A DNA stretch of 48,057 bases from Oopsacas minuta. Lineage: Eukaryota; Animalia; Porifera. This document shows positions 47,951 to 48,057 of the stretch, one piece after another; position 1 is the first letter of the stretch, and the number at the start of each line of letters is the position of its first letter. The DNA lies in NCBI GenBank assembly GCA_024704765.1, contig JAKMXF010000047.1, positions 19,163-67,219 on the forward strand, in the 5' to 3' direction. The notes beneath the pieces were generated by a model that was not told the origin of the DNA, searched no databases, and saw nothing but the letters and a program-made list of their open reading frames with translations. The translations under genes were made by a program, and so were the position numbers.

Positions 47951-48057
47951 TTAAATTATTTTCAATGTTCGATTCTGAACTATTAGAACTTCGTTTCGAA
48001 GCTTTAGAACTTTCGATTCTGAATTTTCCATTCTTCTTCGTTTCAGCACTACATACA

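Noticed and set aside
82-47986. Numerous 60-100-aa ORFs in the track (e.g. 25666-25857, 26879-27103, 42358-42763, 47699-47986)
   Set aside because: Antisense or off-frame shadows of TE coding regions, or random ORFs in AT-rich DNA.
1-48057. rRNA, tRNA or a conserved host gene; species assignment
   Set aside because: No recognisable RNA gene or housekeeping protein motif was seen; taxon cannot be determined without a search.

Overview
AT-rich eukaryotic (invertebrate-like; species not determinable from sequence) transposon graveyard with no confidently recognisable host gene. All coordinates, motif matches and family calls were made by eye from the sequence and ORF track, with no searches run. 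The window holds relics of P/THAP, Chapaev (CMC), maT DD37D (2 copies), hAT (Buster, Ac-like, ZMYM1/Tip-like), RAG1/Transib-like (2 fragments) and rve-integrase elements. It also holds one intact mariner DD34D, several MITEs, two long foldback palindromes and a degenerate ~20-bp minisatellite. The most notable candidates are: (1) a ~890-codon minus-strand zinc-finger + tyrosine-recombinase gene broken by only three small frameshifts (25115-27786); (2) RAG1/Transib-intermediate transposase relics, each followed by an identical 13-bp end carrying the RSS heptamer CACAGTG; (3) a P-family element with bipartite, asymmetrically spaced ends whose two halves lie in permuted order. Assembly caveats: single-N joins at 3005 and 12945, and a perfect Tn5/Nextera mosaic-end adapter at 28428-28446.
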